64,000 nt of DNA from an uncultured Nitrososphaerota archaeon (GTDB taxonomy: Archaea; Thermoproteota; Nitrososphaeria; Nitrososphaerales; Nitrosopumilaceae). Below the pieces are notes generated by a model, which saw nothing but the letters and a program-made list of their open reading frames with translations, made no database searches and was not told where the DNA came from. The translations under genes were made by a program, and so were the position numbers. Location of the stretch: positions 288,001-352,000 of the forward strand of contig CAWGPD010000004.1 in assembly GCA_963824385.1 (NCBI GenBank). Reading direction: 5' to 3'. Of this stretch, positions 29,982 through 39,051 are shown in pieces (within the stretch, counting starts at the first letter, position 1; every line of letters begins with the position of its first letter).

Positions 29982-31442
29982 GTGACTGAGGTAGAAACGA
30001 CTAAAGTAGATTTTATTCAGATTCTACTTGTTTGTGCGATATTTTCTATTTTGTTTTTTGCAGTTTACCTTATGAAAACAGATCTAACTCTAGTCTCACT
30101 TGTCTTTGCGGCGTTTATCATGTTCTATCAACTTCTTAGTGCAAGAGGTAGCCTCTCGTCAAAATTCAAGTATGGAACAAGATTGCCTTCTCCATTTGCT
30201 GCAATCATGATTGCCCTCCCATTTGTCATAGGCACGGTTGCAGCATACGAAGGATTTGGAATATGGGAGTCACCTGCAAGAATCATAATCTTGTGGGGAA
30301 TGACCATAACATTTTGGAGTACTTTGATGTTTGTACCACTTGCAGTATACAGTAAATTGAAGGAAGATATGCAGCCAGAACCTACTACTTATCCAACTCT
30401 TAGTGTGCTTGTGCCAGCATATAATGAAGAAAAAGTAATTGCAAGAACAATAGAGGGATTACTGGATACAAATTATCCCGACAAGGAAATAATTGTAATT
30501 GACGATGGAAGTAAAGATGATACGTTAAAGATAGCAAACAGATACAAAAACAAAGTCAAAGTATTACACAAAGAAAATGGAGGAAAAGCTTCAGCTCTTA
30601 ATCATGGAATAGCATTTGCAAAAGGTGAGATAGTCGCAATAGTTGATGCAGATACTATCGTTGGCAGAAATGCTCTAAAACAACTAGTCAAAGGATTTTC
30701 TACAGACAAGAACGTTGCAGCTGTTGCAGGAAATATCAAGGTAAGAAACAGAATGAATTGGCTCACATGGTCTCAGGCTTTAGAGTATGTATCCGGAATT
30801 GAAATTATCAGAAGGGCTTTTGATTTTTTTGGCTCAATTACTATAGTACCTGGAGCATTGGGCGCATTTAAAAAAACAGCACTAGAAGATGTTGGGACGT
30901 ATCACAAGGATACATTGGTTGAGGACTTTGATGCTACAATCAAGGTCTTAAAATCCGGATTTGTCGTTCAGGGAAGCACTAGTTCAACTGCGTATACAGA
31001 GGCACCACAATCTTTTCATGATTTTTACAAACAACGAAAGAGGTGGTATCGTGGAAATTTGCAAGTATTAACAAGACATGCAGAGACCTTGTTTAACCCA
31101 AGATATGCATTTTTGTACAGAATCGCATTTCCGTTTATGATAATCTCCATGGTAGTCCTGCCATTTGCAGGACTGGTAGTGATTGCCACCGCGATATACG
31201 AAGTGTTGATTGGAGAGTGGATGTTTGTAGTAGAGATGTTTGGGCTGTTTATCATATTGCAGACATTAATGTCGGCTCTAGCCGTCCGTATAGACCGGGA
31301 GGATCCCAGGCTGATACTGTTTTCACCATTTCTGGTCATAGGATACAAGCAAATAGTTGATATTTTACTCGTATTAGGATGCCTTCAAGAAGTTTTTAGG
31401 ACAAAGGCAAAATGGACCAGTGCAAAGAGGATAGGCATATGA
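29982..31442 (+). CDS. Processive GT2 glycosyltransferase (PgaC/IcaA-like)
   Basis: VPAYNEE, IDDGSKD, GGKASALN, VDAD, LVED, QRKRW; TM helices on both sides. Confidence 0.93.
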   Translation: MTEVETTKVDFIQILLVCAIFSILFFAVYLMKTDLTLVSLVFAAFIMFYQLLSARGSLSSKFKYGTRLPSPFAAIMIALPFVIGTVAAYEGFGIWESPARIIILWGMTITFWSTLMFVPLAVYSKLKEDMQPEPTTYPTLSVLVPAYNEEKVIARTIEGLLDTNYPDKEIIVIDDGSKDDTLKIANRYKNKVKVLHKENGGKASALNHGIAFAKGEIVAIVDADTIVGRNALKQLVKGFSTDKNVAAVAGNIKVRNRMNWLTWSQALEYVSGIEIIRRAFDFFGSITIVPGALGAFKKTALEDVGTYHKDTLVEDFDATIKVLKSGFVVQGSTSSTAYTEAPQSFHDFYKQRKRWYRGNLQVLTRHAETLFNPRYAFLYRIAFPFMIISMVVLPFAGLVVIATAIYEVLIGEWMFVVEMFGLFIILQTLMSALAVRIDREDPRLILFSPFLVIGYKQIVDILLVLGCLQEVFRTKAKWTSAKRIGI

Positions 31443-33286
31443 CAAAATTCCTGTTTAGCGGAGCATTGATTGTTATAATATCAATAACAATTTTGGTAAC
31501 TAGCCCAGCTTATGGGGATACAATTGGTTCTATAGCAGTCACATTAACATATACAAACGGTGACACTGCGGACTATTGGCCAGTATCTTTAAAAATTTAT
31601 CAGGATTCTAATCAAACAGCCTACAAAGAAATTGTATCGTTATCAGGAAATCCATTTAACATTGTATCATTGCCTATTGGTCATCAGTACAAAATTGAAG
31701 CATATGCAAATAGCATGTATTCAAGTGTAAGTTATGTCAACTTGGAACAATCACATCAGGACGTTACTATACAGTTACCCCTCCCGGGAGGAATACGTGC
31801 TGATGTTTTCTATAATGATGGTATAACGCCAATATCAAATGCAACTGTGTACATCAAAGCCCAAGATAACAAGACATGGGCTCATGGTCCCGTAGATGCT
31901 AACGGACAAACTATGAGGTTCTGGATCGAACCAACTACTGTTCAAAATGATTACTATACTGTAGATGTGAGAATTGGAAACAGCCTGACATATTCCCAAT
32001 CGCCAATACTTCTTTTACCAGGTATACCTCAGGAGAAAAAAATTGTAACAAACTGGCCGCCAGTGATAAATTCACTCATCACAGTTAATGTCCTTGATAC
32101 CCAATTACACCACATATCTTCTTCAAATGGAGAGTTTGTAGTAGAACTTTATGATAACAATGGAAATAAAATCTCACAATCTCCAGTTTCAATACGCGGT
32201 GAAGCATATTTTTCCAATTTGAAAGTTGGAGATTATCTTTTCAAAGTTGTTGAAGAAAGCGACAATTCAGAGTGGGGGACTTTACAGGTAACGCTGGATG
32301 GTTCAAAATTTTCTTTTGACATAGAGAGTCAAAAAGTACCAACTGCTTCTGTGCCTACGCCAATTATTCCCACGCCCATACCAGTAACTCCTCAAACTAC
32401 CTCTGGAAATATGACCCAGGCTCCGGCATCTCCAATACCTACGCCAGTCATTCCCACACCCACCCCTTCGAATATCATTACAAATTGTAATTGCGTGGCA
32501 TTCAGATTAGACAATATTCAAGATTATTGGTTAAGCAATGTACAAGCCAAAGTTATTAGTGTGTTTGATGAAAAAAATGCCAGTTTGACTGTCGGTGTAA
32601 TTGGTAATGCATTTGGAAATGACACCGTATTAACAGACTACATTAAATCAAAAATAAAGACAGGTCTGATTGATGTAGCAATAAACGGTTGGAGTTTTGA
32701 GGATTTCACCACATTTAACAAATCCCAGCAATCACAACTATTAGAACAATCAAAAAACAAAATATCTTCAACACTGGATATAGTACCTTCTGTCTTCATA
32801 CCTCCATATGGTAAATCTAACAATGATACATTTTATGCCATGATTGATAACGACTTGCATTTTATCAGTGGAAATACAGATACTCAAGTACCACCAGCTC
32901 TTGCTAAAAATATCCAATCTTATCCCCCAACCATATTTACAGACACAATACAACAATACAATACAAATCAAAGTATGACAAATGACCAGATAATGTCAGA
33001 AATCCGTAACAGTATACAAGCCAATGGATATGCCGTGGTTCCAATTAACTTTCAAGATTATGCACAAAATAATGGAACAGTCAAGATGAACATGCCAGAC
33101 GATGAAAAAATTCAAAAACTCCAATCTTTGATTGATGATGTAAGAAACGGAGGATATCAGATTGTAACTGTCAATGAAATATCAAATCCTCCTAGTGTTC
33201 CAGAATTTGGATACTTGGTCACAATTACTTTCATGCTATCGGTTATTGCAGTAATTACAATTCGATCCAAGTTCATACCAAGTTAA
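31439..33286 (+). CDS. Secreted polysaccharide deacetylase-like protein with Ig-like N-terminus, Pro/Thr linker and PEFG-CTERM
   Basis: ATGA overlap with GT2 stop; CVAFRLDNIQDY, FIPPY, GYQIVTV; ends VPEFG + TM. Confidence 0.85.
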   Translation: MTKFLFSGALIVIISITILVTSPAYGDTIGSIAVTLTYTNGDTADYWPVSLKIYQDSNQTAYKEIVSLSGNPFNIVSLPIGHQYKIEAYANSMYSSVSYVNLEQSHQDVTIQLPLPGGIRADVFYNDGITPISNATVYIKAQDNKTWAHGPVDANGQTMRFWIEPTTVQNDYYTVDVRIGNSLTYSQSPILLLPGIPQEKKIVTNWPPVINSLITVNVLDTQLHHISSSNGEFVVELYDNNGNKISQSPVSIRGEAYFSNLKVGDYLFKVVEESDNSEWGTLQVTLDGSKFSFDIESQKVPTASVPTPIIPTPIPVTPQTTSGNMTQAPASPIPTPVIPTPTPSNIITNCNCVAFRLDNIQDYWLSNVQAKVISVFDEKNASLTVGVIGNAFGNDTVLTDYIKSKIKTGLIDVAINGWSFEDFTTFNKSQQSQLLEQSKNKISSTLDIVPSVFIPPYGKSNNDTFYAMIDNDLHFISGNTDTQVPPALAKNIQSYPPTIFTDTIQQYNTNQSMTNDQIMSEIRNSIQANGYAVVPINFQDYAQNNGTVKMNMPDDEKIQKLQSLIDDVRNGGYQIVTVNEISNPPSVPEFGYLVTITFMLSVIAVITIRSKFIPS

Positions 33287-33299
33287 TAGTTCAAGACAC

Positions 33300-33632
33300 T
33301 TACGGGTTTTTTGGCCCTACCATTTCATCATCTCTTACACTATTATCCCATTTTCCACGTATTCCTTTGTAAATAACTACGCCTCCAGATCCTAGTAGAC
33401 CAATAGACAATGCAAGATAAAGCAAATAATCTTGGGTCTTTTCAGAGCATTTGACATGTACTGCCACTCCAGTAGAATAATCATAGCATTCATCAAAAGT
33501 TTGCTGTTGGACTGCAAATTGGGCATAAGTAGAGTTTGCAAATGCACCAAGCATGAAACCTGCAAATATTATTGCGGCCCCACATAGGATTAACCGTATG
33601 TCACTCATGACAGCGTAATTGATTCTGCACAA
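33300..33632 (-). CDS. Hypothetical 2-TM membrane protein
   Basis: Two TM segments around a Cys pair; KGIRGKWD tail. Confidence 0.75.
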   Translation of the reverse strand: MCRINYAVMSDIRLILCGAAIIFAGFMLGAFANSTYAQFAVQQQTFDECYDYSTGVAVHVKCSEKTQDYLLYLALSIGLLGSGGVVIYKGIRGKWDNSVRDDEMVGPKNP

Positions 33633-33671
33633 TATTTAACGTTGTCACAAGTATACAATATTGTATAGACC

Positions 33672-34949
33672 ATGGTTTTTGGATTTGGCAAGAAAAAAGC
33701 ACAAGAGCATCCAGCTACAACACATAATGAAAGAATAATAGGCATAGAAGAAATTCCAGGAATTCTTCAGGAAATTCAATCTCCATATATTACTGAATCT
33801 ATCAACATTGCAAAATCAGTTAGAGATGAAGTAGAGGCACATAAAAAAAAGATTCATTCGTTGATTCTTCAGTTAGAGCATGATGACTTGAAACTTGACG
33901 ACATTGACAAAAACTTGATGATAATTGTAAAACGAGGAAAAGATTCCATTGTATCCATAATAAAAAAAGAGACCACATCCAGTCTAACAAATGCTACAAA
34001 ATATGATCAGGTGATATTGCTCAACACTGAGATCAGTCAAACATTAAAGAGAATAGGAGATGTGCTAGGATTGAATTCAAGAATAATTCACATTTTCGCA
34101 AAAAAATATGCCGGCAGTCTCAAGGAGGAGATTGCCAAGATAGCAAGCAAGAGAAATCAATTACAAGTTTCCATAAATCACATAGAGAATCTCAAAATAA
34201 ATGGTGAAAACATTGTTGACCTGAGTAAAAAAATCTCAGAAGAAAAAAGCAAAATCATCCAGAAAACAAACAGAGTGTCAGAGATCATATCAGAGCTTGA
34301 TATCTTAAAAAATAATTTTTCAGTACATGAGAAGCAGATTCATGATTTAAAGGCTCTAAAAGAGTACACAAAATATCTTGAGATTAAAAATAGTATAGAA
34401 TCATTATCTTCTGAAAAAAATCAGATAAAAAATATCATAGACATGCAATTCTCAAAGATTTCAAGGCCGCTTGATAAATACAGCTACATCTCTGCATTTG
34501 AAAAACCAGTCAAGAAGATGATGGATGAATTGGTTTCCAACCCATATGAGGTAATTTCCACTCATAACAAACCCACAATAATACAAATACTAGAAGCGGT
34601 AGCCAAGTCAGTTTCTTCTGCATCCATTTCTGTTAAAGATACTGACAAGTCCCTAGAACAGATAAGGGAGACGATATCAAGATTAGATGAATTCATTACA
34701 TTAAAAGAATCATACTCTAACAAAGTATCAACTCTTGAAAAAGATCTGATTGTTTTTGATATAAAATCATTAGAATCCAAAGAACACAGTTTGCACAAAT
34801 CTAAAACGAATTTTTCAAACATGGAATCCATTAAAAAGAAATTAGAGGCTGAGATAAATGAGGACAGCAGTATGCTTGAAAAACACATATCAGAAATAGA
34901 ATCAGATCTTACCAGAGTTTCAAAATCAAAGATCATTCTAAAAAAATAG
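33672..34949 (+). CDS. Hypothetical long coiled-coil protein
   Basis: 425-aa helical ORF starting MVFGFGKKK; no Walker motifs seen. Confidence 0.8.
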   Translation: MVFGFGKKKAQEHPATTHNERIIGIEEIPGILQEIQSPYITESINIAKSVRDEVEAHKKKIHSLILQLEHDDLKLDDIDKNLMIIVKRGKDSIVSIIKKETTSSLTNATKYDQVILLNTEISQTLKRIGDVLGLNSRIIHIFAKKYAGSLKEEIAKIASKRNQLQVSINHIENLKINGENIVDLSKKISEEKSKIIQKTNRVSEIISELDILKNNFSVHEKQIHDLKALKEYTKYLEIKNSIESLSSEKNQIKNIIDMQFSKISRPLDKYSYISAFEKPVKKMMDELVSNPYEVISTHNKPTIIQILEAVAKSVSSASISVKDTDKSLEQIRETISRLDEFITLKESYSNKVSTLEKDLIVFDIKSLESKEHSLHKSKTNFSNMESIKKKLEAEINEDSSMLEKHISEIESDLTRVSKSKIILKK

Positions 34950-35002
34950 AATTCATTCATACCACATTGAAGATTAATTAGTTTGATAGTATCAGTAATC
35001 AC

Positions 35003-35413
35003 ATGTTATTCAAGACTGAAAAACATCAGAGAACCATAACCATCAAGAATGACGTAAGAGATGGAATTCTTTCATATTGTAAAATGAATCATCCAAATGA
35101 ATGCATATTGATACTTCGTGGAAAGTCAAGGAAGGGAAAGATACTAATCGATGGCCTTGTCATTCCCCCGTTCTTTCACACTGGTCCAACTTTTGCAGGG
35201 TTTCCTCATTCTTTTCTACCATTAGACACAAGCTATGTAGGCACTGTTCATTCTCACCCATCAGGTGTTGCCAGGCCATCAGTCACTGATCTACACAATT
35301 TTTTTGGTTTTGTCTCAATTATCATACAATCACCGTATGAAGACGGTGACATTTTTGCATATGACCGGGATGGAAACCTCCTAGAGGTCACAATAAGTTC
35401 GGATCAATCATGA
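35003..35413 (+). CDS. JAMM/MPN+ (Mov34) metalloprotease
   Basis: HPNEC...VHSHPSGVARPSVTD (E-x[n]-HxH-x7-S-x2-D). Confidence 0.93.
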   Translation: MLFKTEKHQRTITIKNDVRDGILSYCKMNHPNECILILRGKSRKGKILIDGLVIPPFFHTGPTFAGFPHSFLPLDTSYVGTVHSHPSGVARPSVTDLHNFFGFVSIIIQSPYEDGDIFAYDRDGNLLEVTISSDQS

Positions 35414-35449
35414 CAAAAATTTATAAGCTTTTTGATGTAAGAACTAGCG

Positions 35450-35761
35450 TTGATTAATTACAAGACTTATCTGATATTCCTTTTTGGCTCACTAGCAGTA
35501 AGCATAGGTTTACAGATGTTATTACCATTCCCATTTGGTTTGATTGCAGCATTGGCCATTTTCATAGTATTTCCACTCTTCTTAAGAAACAGAGCAATGA
35601 AACGAATGGGCGGAATGGGTTCCGATGCAGGTGCTGGAGGAGGCGGAGGATTCTTTGGTCAAAGCCAGGGTGTAAAATACATCTGCCTTGCATGCAATAA
35701 CAAGTACAAAGGCGGAATGTGTCCAAGATGCGGCTCTAAGATGAAAAGAGCAGACTTTTAA
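35450..35761 (+). CDS. 2-TM protein with C-terminal zinc ribbon
   Basis: TMs, Gly-rich linker, CLAC...CPRCG. Confidence 0.8.
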   Translation: MINYKTYLIFLFGSLAVSIGLQMLLPFPFGLIAALAIFIVFPLFLRNRAMKRMGGMGSDAGAGGGGGFFGQSQGVKYICLACNNKYKGGMCPRCGSKMKRADF

Positions 35762-35771
35762 TCACTCTGAA

Positions 35772-36101
35772 ATGAAACTTGAAGAACTTCGTAGTATGGC
35801 ATTATTTCAAAATACAATAGATACTTGGATAATGCTTTGTGAAGAAAAAAATACAGATTGGTATTCGCCTGAGAACTACATGAAATTCATTGCGCATCTT
35901 TTCAAGAACGGACTGAAGTTACAAAAATTTCCTTTATGCATAAAAGAATCTGGAGGAATGTATCAGAGAGGCAAGGACAAGACACAATTTGCAGAAACAC
36001 TTGCCCAATCAACTGATCCAAATGCTGCAGCTTATACAGTCAGACTCTCAGATGATACAATAAAAATAATTCGTCAATTCAATTCTAGTGTAGTAAACTA
36101 A
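35772..36101 (+). CDS. Hypothetical protein
   Basis: 109-aa ATG ORF 10 nt after the previous gene. Confidence 0.75.
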   Translation: MKLEELRSMALFQNTIDTWIMLCEEKNTDWYSPENYMKFIAHLFKNGLKLQKFPLCIKESGGMYQRGKDKTQFAETLAQSTDPNAAAYTVRLSDDTIKIIRQFNSSVVN

Positions 36102-36140
36102 AAAATTCTATTCTAAAATCAATTGCGTATTATTTATAAA

Positions 36141-36515
36141 TTAATTTTTTCGCTTCTTTAGAAACTGAGCGATTGCAACTACTGGAACTTCATTTGATTG
36201 ATCGATGACCAATATCTCTTGATTGTATTGGGTTTTGATAGTAGATTTGAATTCAGCCATCTCGCAGTAATATACAGATGCAACATGAGTGGTTCCATTG
36301 AGGATTTCTCTTGTGACATCATCAGATTCTGGAAAATTTGTAAAACTTATCAGGTATCCAGCACACCATCCAATAGACGGCGTGTTTGGAGGTATTGCGC
36401 TTGTTAGGAATTTTTCTACTGAAGTATACTTGGATATATGATGTATGATTATCTTTTTCACAGGTTTGTATTCTACTTCAGGAATCATCTCAGTAACACT
36501 CTCGGTGGTCATCAC
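36141..36515 (-). CDS. Hypothetical protein
   Basis: 124-aa ORF preceded by SD-like aggtg. Confidence 0.75.
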   Translation of the reverse strand: MMTTESVTEMIPEVEYKPVKKIIIHHISKYTSVEKFLTSAIPPNTPSIGWCAGYLISFTNFPESDDVTREILNGTTHVASVYYCEMAEFKSTIKTQYNQEILVIDQSNEVPVVAIAQFLKKRKN

Positions 36516-36639
36516 CTTAAGATATAATCAATAGTATTTAGGCTATTTTCAAGTATTTGACTAATTACATCAGGGTTAGAAAATGACCAGACTGAAAAAC
36601 CAGTCCCTTGATGAAGAATTTTTTCTAGTTTGGATAAGA

Positions 36640-38002
36640 TTATCGTCGTAATCGAGGATTAATTATGACATCCATTGCATGGCCCATAAATACAAACGCA
36701 AGACCTGTCACTGCAATTAAAATTCCAGGCGGTAGGATCCACCACCACATACCACGTGCTGCTGCACTGTAAGAGCTTGCATCATGCAATATTTGTCCCC
36801 ATGTTGGAAAGGTAGGATCACCCAATCCTAGAAAACTAAGACCGGCCTCAGTAGTAATTGCAGCAGGAACTGATATTGCAATGCTTGCAAATGCATATGG
36901 AAGAAGTTGTGGAAGTATGTGTTTGAATATTATTTTATAATCTTTCTGACCCATCAGTTTTGATGCTTCGACATACTGGAGTGTTTTTATCTGCATTGCC
37001 ATACTTCGTGATACCTTGGCTATTCCCACCCAGCCAAAAATTACAAGGAACCCGACTATCAAAAATATACTATTTCCAATAGTTACTGCTAAAATTATCA
37101 AGAGTGGAAGGGCAGGCATGGCATAAATTACATCATTAAAGCGCATCAACGCTTCATCAGTTGCTTTGCCCTTGAACCCTGCAAACACACCATAAAGTAA
37201 GCCAAGTATTACAGAACCAATTGATACGGTTATGCCTATGAAAAGAGCCAACGGTGTACCCCAAAGTAATCCAATCGATAAATCTCGTCTTCAGCTCATC
37301 GGTTCCCATCATTCCATAAACTTTTCCTCCTAGTACAAGATTGGATTTTTCAAGAACCGGCTTTTCAGATACATCATACAAGTGCACTCTAAAGATATAA
37401 TTACCTTTGAGAATTTTATTTTCGTCAAGTTTTGAGAATACAATTTTTTCAGAAGAAAGAGTATCAAATGGAAACAAGTATCTGCCTTTATCATTTGCAA
37501 TATTTTTCGTAATTACATTTTGTGTTGAAAACAACATACTAGAGTATGTTGTTTCAGTATTGCTAAAAGGTAATGATGTAGAAACTAGATTCAATTCAAT
37601 CCCGTCAGGCCGTGTCACAGATAATTGTAACAAAGGAGAGCCACTGTATTTGGCAGTATATTGGTAGATAAAGTCACTTGGAAATCCATCATATTGATAA
37701 TTTACTACAAATGAATCTGTCAGAACATATACAGATGGTAGTTGTTGTGATGAGCTTTGGGGTTGGAGTATCAAGTGTTCGGGGATCTTTTCAGATTGGA
37801 AATAATTTATCCAAGCAGGTTGGGCAGATTTTGGATACAATAGCCAGCTTGCAGGATCATTCCATGTCTTGAAGCTTTCAACTGGTATAGTTACAAATGC
37901 GATAATTGACATCAAGAAAAGGACTGCGAGAATTACAATTCCGGCCATTCCTATCGCACTATGAGAAAATTCACGCCAGATACCTCTTGCTGAAAAACTC
38001 AT
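36640..38002 (-). CDS. Peptide/oligopeptide ABC permease (DppC-like); +1 frameshift near 37290
   Basis: MGTDEL-RRDL after correction; YVEASKLMG, IIFKHILPQ, EAGLSFLGLG. Confidence 0.9.
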
Positions 38003-39051
38003 TCCCTTCTCACCCTAGGATCAAAGTATCCGTACAAGACATCAGCTACAAACACACTTGCTAGAAAGAAGGCAGTCAAAACATATGTAGCGCCTATGAT
38101 TACTGGCAAATCCAAAACACTGATTGCTTCAAAGTACAGCCTACCCATACCTGGCCAATCAAAGACAGACTTCTGTGATTATCGCCCCACCAAGAGAGCC
38201 TGACAAGCTAAGTGCAAGAATTGTCACAACAGGAGGTGCAGCGTTTTTCAGTGCATGAGAGTATAGTATTCGCTTTTCATCTATTCCGGCTGCTCTTTTT
38301 GCCATGATAAAGTCCTCTTGTAATACTCCAACTAGGAAATTTCTTACCAAGTATGCCCACGAGCCAAATCCGATTAGAACCAGAGTAATCAATGGAAGCG
38401 CCATGTGATACAAAAGAGACCCCAAGTATCCCGGATCTGTTACAGAAATATCAGGGGTTGCTCTTGCAGGAAATATCGGATAAAGAAATGCAAAAACAAA
38501 TATCATAAGAACTCCTACCCACCAGACTGGAAAACTACTAGAGATTATTGCAAACCCGGAGGTTATCTTGTCAATCGTTAGACTACCTTGCTTGCAGCAA
38601 CTGCTCCTAAAAATATTCCTAGAACAGAAACTATTACAGTAGATGTAGTAAAAAGAAGAATTGTCCTTGGCAATTTTTCAAGTATGATATCCTTTACATC
38701 AGATGATCCGCTGTCACTTGTAAGAAATTTTGCATGACCAAAGTCTAGTGTTAAAATTTTGTACATTGACAAACCAATTCTTTGAGGAGTGTACCATGGC
38801 TGATCAAGGCCAAGAGATTTAATTCGTTGTTGAATTTGATTTTCTATGTATGAGTCCATCTGATCAGTTGTTTTAAAACTTGACAGAAGACTTTTGTTGT
38901 TTGTCACTTGTTGTCTTATTTCCAATGTAACACTTTGTTTTGATATAGAATCCATGTTTGCCCCAACCAATGCTATTGTAATAAGAAGTGTTGCCATCAG
39001 CACTCCAAACATTGTAATTGCACGCTTTGCAAGGAATTTTTTAAATCCCAT
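37999..39051 (-). CDS. Peptide/oligopeptide ABC permease (DppB-like); frameshifts near 38580 and 38167
   Basis: LGLDQP, LPRTILL, HMALP, EDFIMAKRAAG, HALKNA, VFDWPGMG, DPRV after correction. Confidence 0.9.

Noticed and set aside
19960..33300. Integrated provirus or plasmid at tRNA-Ser
   Set aside because: No integrase, replication or capsid genes and no duplicated tRNA 3' end seen by eye
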